The notes: generated from the sequence alone by a model not told the origin. A stretch of DNA of 64,000 nucleotides from Prorocentrum cordatum (GCA_963575745.1 CAUYUJ010000001.1:1426001-1490000), one strand, 5' to 3'. Positions 1 to 12,735 are shown, numbered from the stretch's first letter. Numbers and translations: made by a program.

Positions 1-1
1 C

Positions 2-1039
2 AACTCCTGCTCTCTTCTGGTCCTGTCTTACCTCGTTCAGTTCTTTCCCCTCCCCTCCTTCTTCCTCCGGAGGGATCAATGGCTGCTGCACAAGCTCCTG
101 CGGCTCCCCCCAAACACGTTTAAGCGTGATGAGATCCTAAGCCTTCATCAGTGGTTCCCTGGATCGGCGCCTGCGGCGATGGCGGTTCTTGGTCGTTCTG
201 CTGCGTGGCGGTTCGGGCTTCACACGTGGACGAAGGCCAAGGATTTCACACTTCTCTTGAGAGAATGGCATGTGTGGCATGGTGCAACTGTGCGTCATGT
301 CCGAGAGGAATGGTCTCCGCGGTGCTGGGCCCAAAGTAGGTCGATTGCCCAATTTGTTCTGTCTGTCATGGATGCCTCCCCCTCCGCCGTTTTCTCTCGG
401 ACTGCTCTCCGAGAGGCGGAGCGGAGGATGGTGGAGGAAAGGCGTGCAGCTTTGGAGAGTGGAAGGCGACCTAGGATCCAGCGTATCCTCTCCCGCTCCC
501 TTTCCTCGAGCCTCTTTCCTGACCGCCTCCACCTCCTCTTCCTCCGTCGCCTCCATGCCTGGTTCCCGTCCCTGGAGCTCCCCGCCCCCCGAGACTTGGA
601 AGCGAGGTGGGCGCTCCTGAGGACGATTCTCTCGCGCTCCCAGCCCTCGTGGGCGTGGGCTCATTTGAAGAGTCTTGCAGGTGGATGGATCACGTCAGCC
701 AGAATGCCTGTCCTCGTGCGCAGGAGCTGTCGCTTAGGGTGCGAAGGATGTGTGGACTCCCTTCCTCACTACCTCTGCTGCCCTCGTCTTCTCCACCTTC
801 TGTCTCGTCATCGCCCTCGTGCTTTTCTCCCGCCCTGCCCCATGGCGAGGATTGGGCTTGGAGACGAGGGGCAGTATGACCGTCTCTTCTCGAGGGCGGA
901 CGCTCACTGTTTGGTGGTCCTGGCCTTCCACTTTTACCATAAACTAAAAGCAGAACAGGATGCTGCGCCTGGCTCTGCTCGTGATCTCGAATATCATTTG
1001 AAGATTCTGAGAGGTGCCAGAATTGCAACGGGCGCCTGA
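2..1039 (+). mobile_element. 3' part of a non-LTR retrotransposon (LINE) ORF: post-RT region plus C-terminal Cys/His (zf-RVT-like) motif; open from the window edge
   Basis: The frame of ORF 179..1039 stays open back to base 2 (NSCSLLVLSYLVQFFPLP...LLRLPPN). It contains KSLAGGWITSARM...RSCRLGCEGCVDSLPHYLCCPRL (CxxxC...HxxxC), typical of LINE C-termini. A (CCT)n tract follows at about 1070-1119. The RT core lies outside the window. Confidence 0.8.
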
Positions 1040-1204
1040 GATGGAGGATTGCTTTCCGAGGCACGTGCGCTCCTCCTCTCCTCCTCCTCCTCTTCTCCTC
1101 CTCCTCCTCCTCCTCCTCCAGGCGGAGCAGTAGCGCGAAGAGGCGCCCGGGCGGGGGAAGGCCGCGGGCCAGTAGGTCGCCGCTCCGAGCGGCGAGAAGA
1201 AGGG

Positions 1205-1680
1205 CGCCAGGGGGCTCCACCTGATCCCCCAGAGGGGGGTTCACATGCGGTCCACCGGCCCATTTCGGCACACCCTTCACCTTCACACGCTTCGTAACCG
1301 CATATGGGGGCTACACCTGAGCCCTCAGAGGGGGGGGGTCGCATGCGGTCTCCAAGCCAATCTGGCACACCCCTCACACGCATCGTGGCCCAATGGGGAG
1401 CTCCACCGAAGACCCCAGTGGCAGCGCCCGCATGCGTCCCCGGGCTCATTTCGGCAAACCCCTCACACGCTTTGTAGTTCCATCGGGAGCTCTATCAAAG
1501 GCTCCAGTGGCAGCGCCCGCATGCATCCCTGGGCCCATTACGGCACATCCTTCAAACGTTTCATGGCCCCGCAGGGAGCTCCACCGAAGGCCCTACTGGC
1601 AGCGCCCGTGTGCGTCCCTGGGCCAATTTCGGCACACCCTTCACACGTTTAGCGGCCCATAGGGAATTCCACCGATCAGC
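1205..1680. repeat. Diverged ~89-bp tandem minisatellite (5-6 units; one more unit at about 1880-1970)
   Basis: A GGGAGCTCCACC-like core recurs near 1212, 1306, 1396, 1485, 1574 and 1662, and most units share CAGTGGCAGCGCCCGCATGCGTCC and ATTTCGGCACACCC. Confidence 0.8.
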
Positions 1681-1681
1681 T

Positions 1682-1878
1682 GCGAGCGAGGGAGGGGGGA
1701 GTGAGAAGGAGAAGGCCTCCTCAGAAGGCGGCGAAACTTCTCAGAAGGCCTCCGGCCTTCTGAGAGGTTCTGGGCGTCTTCGGGGAAGGCTTCTAGAACA
1801 TTTGTCAGAAGGCCGTGGGACATCCAAGCCTTCTGAGAAGGCCCGCCCCTTTTCACTTCCCCCACGGACTCGCCGCCG
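1682..1878. mobile_element. MITE-like element, family M1, inserted in the 89-bp satellite
   Basis: Starts GCGAGCGAGGGAGGGGGGAGTGAGAAGGAGAAGGCC and ends CCTTCTGAGAAGGCCCGCCC...TCACTTCCCC; homologous to 8151-8318. Confidence 0.65.
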
Positions 1879-4019
1879 AACCGAGGGCCCCAGTGGCAGG
1901 GCCCGCATGCGCCCCCAGTTCCATTTTGGCACAAACCTCACACGTCTTGATGCTACACAGGGGGCTCCACTGAAAACGAGATTCACAAGTGCGGTGTTCA
2001 CAATTTCATATGTCTGGGTTCTTCGCCGGGATACTTGCTCGAAGAGACAACTGTTCGAAGAGATTTTCCTCGGATCCCCCATGTGCACTGGTCTTCTTCC
2101 GTTCTTGCTTCTGAAGATGCCTTCTTCGGGTTCCCAGGGTTCCTTGGTGTTGCTTCTGCCCAGCGATGCAAGGCAATACCAAACGCCAAGCAACTCAAAG
2201 CAATGCCATGCAAAGCAATGCCAAACGCCAAGAAATGCCACCAGCAGGAAGCGTTCCCTCCGCTTGGGTCGCGCCGAGCTCATTCCCTAAGCGCCCCGTG
2301 CACACGGTGTACGGGCTCTGCATCCTTCTTGTAACGCCCAGTGGTGGACGCCAGGCCCCCGTCATCGGTGGCCCATCGTGGCCCCCGGTCGTGGCTGTGT
2401 AAACATCGAGGCAGAAGCAGGGGCACAAAGTGGCTACTCTGCGAGTCGTTGAGCGCGCCTGTCCAGCGGGGGGCGGGGAGTTCTTTGCAGGGGAGGGCCC
2501 GTCGAGGCAACGGTGCGGCCTGCGCTTAGACACAATCGGTTCAATCGATGGGGTCGCGGGCGCGCGAAAGGCCTTTCCGCGCGCACGCGACCATTGATTT
2601 CGAAGACGAAAAAACGCCACAAACATAAACAGTCGTGGATCCGCGCTGGAGCCCCCCTGGCGGCGCCCCCAGAGCCGCCCCTGGCTCGCTCCGCGCGCCA
2701 GGGAGGGGGTCCAGCCCAGATCCAAGGAATTTGCGTGGACCTCCACTAGTTTATGTGTGTATGCCGGTGTCTCTTCCTCTGTCTTCGTAGTTGAGTAAAG
2801 AGTTGCTTGGGGTCTTCTGCAGCAAGGGGGCACGGGGGTCATGGCCGTGCTTGGCCAGCGCTCTGTGCGAAGGCAGGTTCGGGCAGCAGCGAAAGGCAGG
2901 AGCAGAGGCGGCGGATTCGGCATCGCTGGTTCCTTCCTGCCTCTCCCCGCCATCATTTCGCATCAGCCTATTCATAAGGTGTTCCTCCCCCCTCTCCCTC
3001 TATATCTAACAAATATGAATTCTACTCTTCCTCCTCCCCTGAAGTAGTGCAGAAGATCTCCCCCCCTCCGCGTGTTGATTGTTTACACACAGGATTCCAA
3101 GCATTGATGTTTCTTCCTGTTTTTTTCCAATCCCATTGTTTTCGGTATTTCAACAGGGTGCTCCCGCTGAAGCGTTGGCCTCATTTTCGGATCGGCGCGT
3201 TGTTCCCGTCATTCAGAATGGCACTCTCGCCCCAGCGCGGGCCACTTTTCTGAATCCGAGTCTTGCTTCAGTGTTGTCCCTCCATCATTTCCCCTCCTCC
3301 GCCTTCCCCTGGTCCTTCTGTTCTGCCCGCTCCTTCCACTCCAATTCCTGCTGCTGCTGCTGCTGCTGTTCGTCTCATCACAACGCGGGCCACTTTTCTG
3401 AATCCGAGTCTTTCTTCATCCTTTTCCTCCCGCTCGTCCTCCTGCTCACCCGCCACCTCATCTTGTGCACGCAGCTCCACTGAAGTCCGATTGCGCAGAA
3501 CACGAAGTAGTCTTTCTGTGTAAGTCGCAGGTCGGCCATGACGCACGTCCGCGGATAGAAAAAACTCAGCGCCACGGGAAGGAATGGGAGGGAGGGATAG
3601 GATGTCAGATGGGGCGTGGACGCACCTAGCTTGCCATTCTCCCCTCTCCTCCGTCCGCCTACTTCCCATCTGTCACCGCCGTGTGGATCTTCGCCCGCTG
3701 GCCCATCCGCGCATCTTCCCATTGCTCCATGGTGACGCCAATGTCGCAGGCCGCGGTGCGCGACGGCATGCCGATATCCAGCGGCAACGAGCTGGTGCGG
3801 CTCTACAAGGAGTCAGGCCTCTGCAGTCATCTGGCCTGCCCCGCTTACCTGCCCATGAGCTGTGCAAGGCACGCGCTAATGTCGAAGACGCTTGCGGCGA
3901 ATCACCGCCGATCCCTGCTTTTTGGAACCGCCCATGGGGCCCAACGTCGGGCCGAAGTCTGGCCAAGCTATTGGACTGTGTGCTCCCCCAGCCGTTGTGG
4001 CCCCCCTTGGGGAACATGG

Positions 4020-4290
4020 GGGAGAGGAAGAGAAAATAGGAGGAGAGGGAGAAGGACGAGGAGAAGGAGGACGAGGAAGAGGAGGAGGAGGAGGACGAGG
4101 AGGAGGAGGAGAAATGAGGAGGACCAGGAGGACGAGGAGGAGGACGAGGAGGACGAGGAGGCGAAGAAGGAGGACGAGGAGGACGAGGAGGAGGACGAGG
4201 AAGACGAGGGAGGAGGAGGAGGACGAGGAGAAATGAGGAGGACGAGGAGAAGGAGGAGGAGGAGGAGGAGGAGGAGGAAGAAGAGGAGGA
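4020..4290. repeat. (GAG/GAC)n purine-rich microsatellite
   Basis: Direct reading of the sequence. Confidence 0.95.
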
Positions 4291-4661
4291 CCCTTGAGGG
4301 GCTTCCTGGGTGCTTCCTGGGGCCTCATGGGGGCCTCTGGTGGGCCTCTGAGCTGGCCTCTCTTGGCTGGGGGGCGTGTCACAAAACCAACGCCTGGGCC
4401 CTCACAACACGAACCCCCGGCGTAGCCGGTCCGAGACCGTTGCGCCGCACGGGTGCCCCACGCTCCGCGCAGGGTTCGAGGAACATGCCTGGCCCCACAG
4501 GGCCAGGACAGCGGCCGAGGGACCAGTGGCGCAAGGGCTCAACCCCTCGGCCTCTCCGTCCTTGGGGGTGAGCCTGCAACTCTCCGAGCCGAGTCCAACC
4601 GTGGCGACGCCGAAAACTACCGGCAAGTAGCAGGAAGGAGAGGAGGCGGAGACAAAGAGAC

Positions 4662-4662
<1 letters not shown>

Positions 4663-4722
<60 letters not shown>

Positions 4723-4849
4723 CATTATGATGATGATGATGATGCTGATGCTGATGCTGATGATCATGCTGATGATGATGATGAGGATGATGCTGATGCT
4801 GATGATGATGCTGATGATGATGATGATTATGATGATGTTGATAGTTACT

Positions 4850-4916
<67 letters not shown>

Positions 4917-5041
4917 CGACGACGATGATGAGGATGATGATGATGATGATGATGATAGTGATGATGCTGGTGGTGGTGATGATGCTGATGATGATGATGA
5001 TTATTATTATTATTCTTCTTCTTATTATTATTATTATTATG

Positions 5042-5096
<55 letters not shown>

Positions 5097-5420
5097 TTAT
5101 TATTATGATGCTGATGACGACGGCGACGACGATGATGATGACGACGATTATGATGATGATGCTGCTGGTGATGATGATGATGATGATGAGGAGGAGGAGG
5201 AGGAGGAGGAGGAGGAGGAGGAGGAGGAGCAGGAGGAGGAGGAGGAGGAGGAGGGAGGAGCGAGAAGAGGGAGGAGGAGTAAGGAGAGGAGGGAGGAGGA
5301 GGAAGAGGGGGAGTGAGCATGAGGAGGAGGATGAGGAGATGATGAAGAGGAAGAGGAGGATATGAAGAAGAGGAGGTGGAGGAGGAGGACGAGGAGGAGG
5401 AGGAGGAGGAGGAGCAGCAG
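4663..5420. repeat. Compound trinucleotide microsatellite (GAT)n-(TAT)n-(GAT)n-(GAG)n
   Basis: Direct reading; it produces the poly-D, poly-M and poly-H ORFs in the track. Confidence 0.97.
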
Positions 5421-7581
5421 GAGGGACAGAACACGAGGAGGAATGAGGAAGTGGGATGGAAAGGAGGGCGGGGAAGGCCAGGGCTCCTGGCGGTTGCGCG
5501 CCTGCCTGGCCTCAGTATCGTAATTGACGACGTTGCGCGCAACGCTTCTTCACGTCGGGCTACAGTCAATCCGCGTAGTAAGGATGGGCAGCCTTCCCAA
5601 GGGTACCCTTGCATCCTTGCCCTTGGGCCCATCCTTAGCGATGTTCGCTGGCCAACCTCTTTCGAAACACGTTCACATGGGCCTCCAAGGCCCATGCATC
5701 CTTACCGCGCATCCTTATGATAAGGGTTGACTGTATAGCCTGCAGCGCCATTTCAGAGTTTGCGCGCGGATCACCCTCGCGCTCCCCGTGCAGGGGGTGG
5801 GCACTCGGTCGCGAAATGGTTTCGATGAAAGGAGGAGGCTATTGAGGCGGTGCAGGAGGAGGATCGTCGCCAGTGCGCAGCACAAGTGGCAACGCTCAGC
5901 GACGCCCAACTTCGAGAGCTGGCGCCTCAGGCACGAGCCAAACTGCAGCGTGGGCGTAGCGGCAAGCGTGCCCTGTGGCGTACGTGCGAGGAGGAGGAGG
6001 AGGAGGAGGAGGAGGAGGACCAGTGTAAACCCAAGACGAATCAACGATGTTGCAACATACCTTCCCTCCAAGTTCCTTCTCAACAGGGCCCTACGAGAGT
6101 TCATACCATATTTGGGGAAAGAGCCTCATTAGAAGACAACCGTCGCAGAACCTTGACTCGTGCCAAAACACCACTCCTGGGACTTCAGCGCCGCGAATCA
6201 ACGTGACTGTTGCGTCCTGAATATTCTGAATCGTGCCAGAACGCCTTTTGTTGGACTTCGACTCCTCGAATCAACGTGACTGTTACGTCCTGGTAGTCGT
6301 AATTTTTGCCAGAGCACCGTTCCTGGGACTGAAAACCATGCGAGCCCTCGAAGCTGTTGCATACTTTTACAACGGATGTGCGAGGCCCGAAGGCGAGAGC
6401 CACATTTTGAAAAACAGCTGCCCTTCATTTTTGAAAATGCTGCAAGCTTTTCAGGCGAATGTGGGCGGCGCTACGGCGAGAGCAACATTTAGAGGACGAC
6501 CCGTCCTCCATCTTTGAAGCTGCTGTAGGTTTTCGAAGCGAATGTGCCTGCGCTAGGCCTAGAGCCGCCTTTTGAAGACGAAACGCCCTCCGACCGTCAT
6601 AATCATTTGCAAATGCCAAGCTTGAGGAAGTCTCCGGCCCAGCTCGCCCTACCCGCCACGTCTGGAGGCGCGACAGGGAGGCGATTTTTGAGGAAAAAAA
6701 GGGCGTGTAGGTTGAGGAGGAGGCAATGCCAGAGGCGAGTTCCTCCTGCTCCCGCCGCTCCCGGCCAGGCCTGGGCGGCCAGGCGTCCCTGTCCGTCAAG
6801 GCGGCGGACGCGGACGCCGTGAGGCGCCGCGTCGCCATCCCCTCGCTTGGGGCGATGGTGGGGAGCAAGGCGCGGCTGTCGAGCGGGAGGCAGGGGCGGG
6901 GAGGGCTGCTAAAATTGTCAATGCGCATGGAATCCCCGAGATGGAATCGAAAACATGAGAATAGCTGTAGAAATAACGTTTCGAACAAGCAGTGTTCAAA
7001 ACAAGCAATGTCCCAAACAAACGAGAGTAAATCGAACAAATGAGAGAGTGCCCAAAACAAATGCAGTAATAACGTTTCAAACGTGATTCAAGACGCAAGC
7101 CGATCTCAGGCCGAGGGGGAGGGGAGGGCCCCGAGGTCCGGGCGTTGTCATCCTTTCACGCCAGGAGTTGTCGCCCCGTCTCCGGCCCCGCTGGGCTATC
7201 ACGGGTCGATCCGGCTCGCGTTTAGGGCGTTGGTCGTGTTTTTTCGCGATGTTGCATGAGGGGGAGTGAGGGAGGGAGGGAGAAGGGGAGCGAGGGAGGG
7301 AGAGAGGGAGAAGGGAAGAGTGAGGGGGAAGGGAGGGATGGAGGGAGTTCTGTGTTTCTTCTCCCTCCTTCTTCACTCCCCGCCCTGCTCCTTCCCCCTC
7401 GTCGTCCCTCCTTCCTTCCCCCTCGTCGTTCTCTCTCCTCCCTCCTCTTGGTGCTCGTCGACTGCACTCATCGTCGCACCGGCCAGGAAGCCGCCCCGCG
7501 AGAGTGGCCGAAGGTCTTCGGCGGCCACGTCGTGAAACCTGCCACACAGGGGCGAGGAAGCATCCCAGGCGCGTGCACTCG

Positions 7582-7793
7582 TCTAGGCCTCACAGATGGG
7601 GTCCGAGTAGATGGGGTCGGAGAATCGCGCCGCATCGGCGATGCATCGGAGATGCGGCTCGATGTGGGGCCCGAATTTCTCCACGCCGACGTTGCCGATG
7701 CACCGCCGAAGTCGGCGATGCATCGCCGAAGCATCGCCGATGCGGCGCGGTCCTCCGACCCCATCTACCCGGACCCCATCTAGGAGGCCCTCA
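7582..7793. mobile_element. Foldback/MITE-like palindromic element, family M2 (~210 bp)
   Basis: AGATGGGGTCCGAGTAGATGGGGTCGGAGAATCGCGCCGCATCGGCGATGC from 7594 is the near-perfect reverse complement of GCATCGCCGATGCGGCGCGGTCCTCCGACCCCATCTACCCGGACCCCATCT ending at 7781. Possible 5-bp TSD ACTCG at 7577-7581 and 7794-7798. Confidence 0.75.
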
Positions 7794-7929
7794 ACTCGCC
7801 AAGTGGTCATAAGTGGTACTACCGAAGACACCTCCAGCGAATCATCGCTGGCCCCTGCCTTTGGAAGCACCCGTGTGGTGAAATGTCGAGCGATGGTGCG
7901 GCCATTCTGGTGGACTGCGTGTTCCCCCG

Positions 7930-9200
7930 GCGCTTGGGGGAACCACTGGGGGAGCACCGGGAAGGGGCCCTCTGCTGTCATCTCGGGGCTCTCTTCACAC
8001 CATTGGGGCCTTCTCGGTGGCCTCCCGGGGCTCTCTGAGGCCGCCTTTGGATGGTCTCGGGGTGCTCTCGGGCCGTCTGGCGCCTCCGGGGGCTGTCCTG
8101 GGGGGCCTACGTGGTCCACCTTAGGGACCTCTCGGGGCTCTTCTCGGCGACGAGCGAGGTGGGGAAGTGAGAAGGAGAAGGCCTTCTCAGGAGCCCTCGC
8201 GCCTTCTGAGAAGTTGTCTGTGTCTTCGGGGAAGGCTTAGAAAACTTCTCAGAGGGCCCGGGGACTTCCGAGCCTTCTGAGAAGGCCCGCCCTTTCTCTC
8301 ACTTCCCCTCCTCGCTCGCTGCGTAGTCTTGGGGCTCCCTTGGGTCATCATAGGGCCTTCTTGTGTTCTCATGGTGTCGTCTGGGTGCCGCTTTGGGGCC
8401 CTCTTGGAGGCGTGTTCTATTGCCTTGGGGCGATGTTCAGGGCCCCTTGTACTGTCGTGGGTTTTTCAGAAGCCCGAAAAGGCCAGGATTCGAGAACGGT
8501 TCAAATACACGTGAGGGAAGTCAATACTTTGGGCCTTTTTGAGGCCTCCTGCAGGTCCTCTTGGAGTTCTCTCGTGGCAGCTTGGGCCGCCTGGAGGCCA
8601 TCTCGTCAGTCTTGGCGCCAGGCCATCGTGGGCTCTCTTTGGACCATCTTGGCCGTCTTGGAGGCCGTCTTCAGCGCACACGCTATTGAGTCCCAACTTG
8701 TAATGCCGTTCCCGGATGGCCAGCGGGTTTGTCTGGAGGCCGCCAGGAATATTTTCGGCAGGAAGAGAGTGGGAGCTATGTAATCTGGCACCCCGCCGCC
8801 TCTCTGACAGGAGGCCTCTTGGAGGTCTCCTGGGTATCTCGGGGCCTCCCAGGAGGTGGTGGCCTCTCGGGGCCTCTTGGCGGCCTCATGGGATCCTGCT
8901 GGCGGTCTCAAGGGCCTCTCTGGAGCGGAGAGCTTGAAATATCAGTTCGGGTTCGTTTTCGTGGGGGCTGTCTTGGGGGCCTCTGTAGCCGTCTTGGGAG
9001 CCTGGGGGGCCGTCTTGGAGCGATCATGGGGGCCTGTTGGGCCGTCTTGGATGTTCTGCAGACCGAAGTGACGAGCATACAAAACAATTCAGGAGCGTGT
9101 GGCTTTCAATCATGTGGGCATCTTGGGCTTCCCCCCAGGGCCTCCAAGACGGCCACAACGGCCCCCTAGAGGGCCTCGTAACGGGCCCGGAGACCATCTT
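7930..9200. repeat. Dispersed GGGGCC(T/G)TCTTGG-rich repeat family
   Basis: The same degenerate GGCCTCTTGG/GGCCGTCTTGG composition recurs at about 12990-13560, 13890-14400, 25070-25780, 31150-31380 (minus), 36310-36530 and 44660-45300. Confidence 0.7.
8151..8318. mobile_element. MITE-like element, family M1, with 22-bp terminal inverted repeats
   Basis: The left end CGAGCGAGGTGGGGAAGTGAGA matches the reverse complement of the right end TCTCACTTCCCCTCCTCGCTCG at 21/22 positions. Further copies lie at 1682-1878 and about 22385-22555. Confidence 0.8.
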
Positions 9201-9533
9201 AAGCCATGTTATCAGGAGTGGGGATTCCAAACCACGCCTTCGAGTCTTCGTAAAGAAATAGCGCTGGGATTCCCAAGAGCGTCCTGAGTGCCCGGGACCT
9301 TCCGCGAGCGTGGTATAGCCAATGCAAAGAAACTCGACAGGACTTGAGGGCACTCCACTCGGCCGAGCACCGCGACTACTCGCGGGGCGCCGGACCCTCC
9401 AGCAGGCCTCCGGAGGCAAGCTGACGGAGGGCACCCGGCTCGTGCCTGCACAGCGTGCGGCTCTGAGGCTGCGCTCTTCCCATGTCTGACACCCGACGGC
9501 TTCTTCTGTTGGTCTGGCACGTCGTTTGCCCAG

Positions 9534-9626
9534 CCTGTTCTTCACGAGCAGAAGGGCCACCCGGACGCCTACCTCTGTGCATGCACGCAGCGGCACTCCA
9601 CTCAGTGCCTTGCGGCACGGTGGCGG
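9534..9626 (+). CDS. Candidate internal exon of a host gene (PVLHEQKGHPDAYLCACTQRHSTQCLAARWR)
   Basis: TTTGCCCAG acceptor, GTGAG donor at 9627, 93 nt (31 codons) without stops, non-repetitive. Confidence 0.4.
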
Positions 9627-9817
9627 GTGAGCCTCGGCCGGGGCACCCCCGGGCTGGGCCCACGGCCAGCAGGGCCCGCGGCCAGGGCACGGCGGCCACC
9701 GGGCGAGCACGGCGCTTAAGACGCTGAGGTCGGACGCCCGCCGCCGTGCGACGCCCAGTGCGTGCAGCGGCGCTGTCTGGAGCAGGCTCGGGCCGGCTAG
9801 CCATTGGGGCCGGCAGA

Positions 9818-10112
9818 GGAAGAGGAGGAGGAGGAGGAGGAGGAGGAGGAGGAGGAGGAGGAGGAGGAGGAGGAGGAGGAGGAGGAGGAGGAGGAGGGAG
9901 GAGAGGAGGAGGAGGAGGAGGAGGAGGGAGGAGGAGGAGGAGGGAGGAGGAGGAGGAGGAGGAGGGGAGGAGGGAGGGAGGAGGAGGAGGAGGGAGGAGG
10001 GAGGAGGAGGAGGAGGAGGGAGGAGGAGGAGGAGGAGGGGAGGGGGAGGGGGGAGGGGGAGGGGAGGGGGAGAGGGGAGGGGAGGGGGAGAGGAGGGGGG
10101 AGGAGGAGGAGG
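9818..10112. repeat. (GAG)n / G-rich microsatellite
   Basis: Direct reading of the sequence. Confidence 0.95.
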
Positions 10113-11089
10113 AGGTCGCAAGCAGAGAGAAGGGGGACAACGGCATCGCCGCTGGTCAGCCCTGCTGACGCTGACGAAGCTTCGGGCCGCCAGCCTGTCG
10201 TGTTCTCTCTCTCCTTGCCATGCCTTCTCCCTCCTCCCGGTGAGGCTGCCCCTGTTCGGCCGTAGTCGGGGCGGCTCCAGGGCGCAGCCTGAAACTGGAG
10301 ATACCGTGCCCTTCGGTCCGCCCGCTCATTCGACAGGTTTTCCTCTGGACGGAGTTGTGCACACGCGTTCGGCGCTGCGCAGCCGAGGTGAGTGACCAGC
10401 ATTCCCTGCGTTGTGGCAGTGGAACTCACAGACACCGCGCTCTCCGTGACAGACATCTGGCCATTCGACATGTCCGTTTCACTTGTCAACCAGCTGGTGA
10501 CTGAGCTCACCTCTGTGCGGACCGGAGCATCCGTTCTCAGGAGTTCCCTTCGGGCCGACAGGGACCTCCCCAGTAGCCCCCCCACCCAAAGAAGCATGCA
10601 CCAGTTGATGCTTCAGGCGTGCGCAGTTCTCCCCACTTAATTTAGGGATCGCCCTCAGCGTGACAAGTGGATCCCACCCGCATTGGTCTCCTCCTCCCTC
10701 TCCTTCCCGTCCTCTTCTCCTTCCACCTTCTCGGGGCAAGGGAGAAGGCGGAAAGGGGAGGTGGAGGCCGTTCTTTTTTCCGGACGGGTTTTCTCTCGTC
10801 CCTGATCTTGGCCGCCCGCGTCTCCTTCTCTTTGGGCCCCTTGTATTCCCCTTCCGCCTTCTCTATTTCCTGCTCGTCCTCCCCGTCCGCTTCAGCTCTC
10901 GCCAGGTACATCCTTGCCATCACGGGCCAGCGCCTTCGCGATCTTTTTGTGGACAAGCTGCAGAAGATCGCTATTGGCAGTGGCTGGGGGGAGGCCTTGA
11001 AAGTGGAGTGTACGCATGTGTGTTTGAGAGAGAATCGTACATAATCGTACTGCCCAGGGCTAGGGACGAATGAAGAATGTCAAGGAAGG

Positions 11090-11915
11090 GATGCGTGGGA
11101 CAAGAGGGCGTATGAGAGAAGAGGTGTAGTGGGGTATACGGTATATTCGCGCCCCTTGCAGACTACCCTTGCGTCACGCCGTTCATGCTGCTCTGTTGTT
11201 TCTAAGCTAATGTCTTGCGCCCCGTATGGACACATGTGTGCGGAGAGGGGCGATGACATACCCACTGTGGATATGTGTGACGCGGCGGTGCAAACCAGAT
11301 GGGCGAAACCCCGCCTTGGGCGCCTTGTAGGTGACTTGCCGTGATGTGCAGACGGCACACCCTGTAGTCCTGGCTGGTTCCTGCTACGATGCCCACGTCA
11401 CTGCTGCGATGCCCATCAACCGTTCGGCTTATGTAGGATAATTTGCTTGTTAGGAACTCCTCCTCGGTCGTGTCGGTGTATCCTGACTGGTCGGCTGCTG
11501 GGTCTGTCTTTGCACCGGCCTCCACCAGTCCGTCCAGAGTTTGCACCATGTCGTCGTAGAGCATTCCCCAGGTGCCAGGAAGCTCCCGACCGACTCGCCA
11601 CATCTCCGCCACTGCGTCACACAGGCTGGGCAGCTGGGGCGTCTATGTACCGAGCTCCTTGGCCGACCAAACGACGTGGTTTATACACCGAGACCCTCCC
11701 AGTACTGGTAGTCTCCCTGAGGTAGGTGGGCAGCTTGTCCACAGATCCCGCCATCGTGAATTCGTGTGGGCCGAGTTTCATGGCGAGCAGAGCTCTCTGA
11801 TTCAAGTAGTCTTCGTGCAAACGGCCGCCGTGGGTCGTTCTTATTGATGCAGGCCCAAGCAATACCGTCGCCTTGAAGCTCTCTGACCATGTGGACGCCC
11901 AGCCTGCTCACTCAA
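11090..11915 (-). pseudogene. Degenerate protein-coding remnant of unknown family (probably mobile-element derived)
   Basis: Overlapping minus-strand ORF pieces with protein-like composition in shifting frames (LHEDYLNQRALLAMKLG..., RELPGTWGMLYDDMVQTL..., GFAHLVCTAASHISTVGMSSPLSAHM...). No motif was identified with certainty. Confidence 0.3.
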
Positions 11916-12339
11916 GTAAATGACGTTTGGTAACACCATTATATTTCATCGATTTTGTCATAATAGTTAGTTTCGCTCTGCTTAGGTCCGTGGTCGTCCA
12001 GCCCCGCTGCACAATCTCAGCAGACGGTTGCCGACGATGTGCTTAGCAGCCCCGTTTTTCATCCACGCTTACTGGCTGGCCGCCAGGGCTTCCAGCCATG
12101 AAGCATGTCGGACGGAACGCGCAGACAGGATGCGCGTAGGACACGTGGGAGCCGACGAAGTGGTGTTGTCTCTGCAGGCGCGCCTCGAGCGCGCTCCGAG
12201 CCGTGCTCGAAGAGGGGCCTCACTCGTGAGCCAGCACGAGCTGCACGAGTCCGAGTTGTCATCGCTTCCAGCTGGAGAGCATGCTGCGTGCTGCAGATCG
12301 GGGAGGGCGGATGGACGAGAGGAGCGGCTGGACTTCTGC

Positions 12340-12735
12340 GCCCCCGAGGGAGCCGCGAGGTCCCAAGTGGATCCCCAAGGGCTCCCTCGAGGGCGCGAAG
12401 TTATTCGCGCTTCGCGCTTCGCGGTCCTCGTTCCTTCTCCCCCTCCTCCTCGTCCTCCTTTTCTCCCTTTGGGGGGGCGGCGCGAGAGCGCGAAGTTATT
12501 CGCGCTTCGCGCTTCGCGCAGCGCGAAGCGCGAAGTTGGGAGCCCTAGATCCCCGTGTCCCTCCATTCTGCGGGACCTCCCAGGAGCCCACGAAGGTGGC
12601 GACGGGTTGCGCACTTCGCAGCCCCCCCGAGGGGGCCGCGAGGTCCCAAGTGGATCCCCGTGTCCCCCCACTCCGCGGGACCTCCCAGGAGCCCACGAAA
12701 GTGGCGACGGGTTGCGCACTTCGCAGCCCCCCAGG
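12340..12735. repeat. Local repeats built from GCGCGAAGTTATTCGCGCTTCGCGCTTCGCG and GGGACCTCCCAGGAGCCCACGAA..TGGCGACGGGTTGCGCACTTCGCAGCCCCCC blocks
   Basis: Each block occurs twice; CGCGAGGTCCCAAGTGGATCCCC also occurs twice. Confidence 0.8.

Noticed and set aside
1921..1935. CCATTTTGGCACAAA resembles a spliced-leader relict
   Set aside because: It is a variant of the CCCATTTCGGCACACC segment of the 89-bp satellite, so the match is probably coincidental.
3236..3413. ~29-bp direct repeat CGCGGGCCACTTTTCTGAATCCGAGTCTT
   Set aside because: Only two copies; a simple local duplication with nothing further to interpret.
4379..5695. Long poly-His, poly-Asp and poly-Met ORFs (likewise 9024-10265, 23658-24392, 25226-26429, 28530-29992, 59480-61896)
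   Set aside because: They are translations of microsatellites that are open in several frames, with no independent coding signal.
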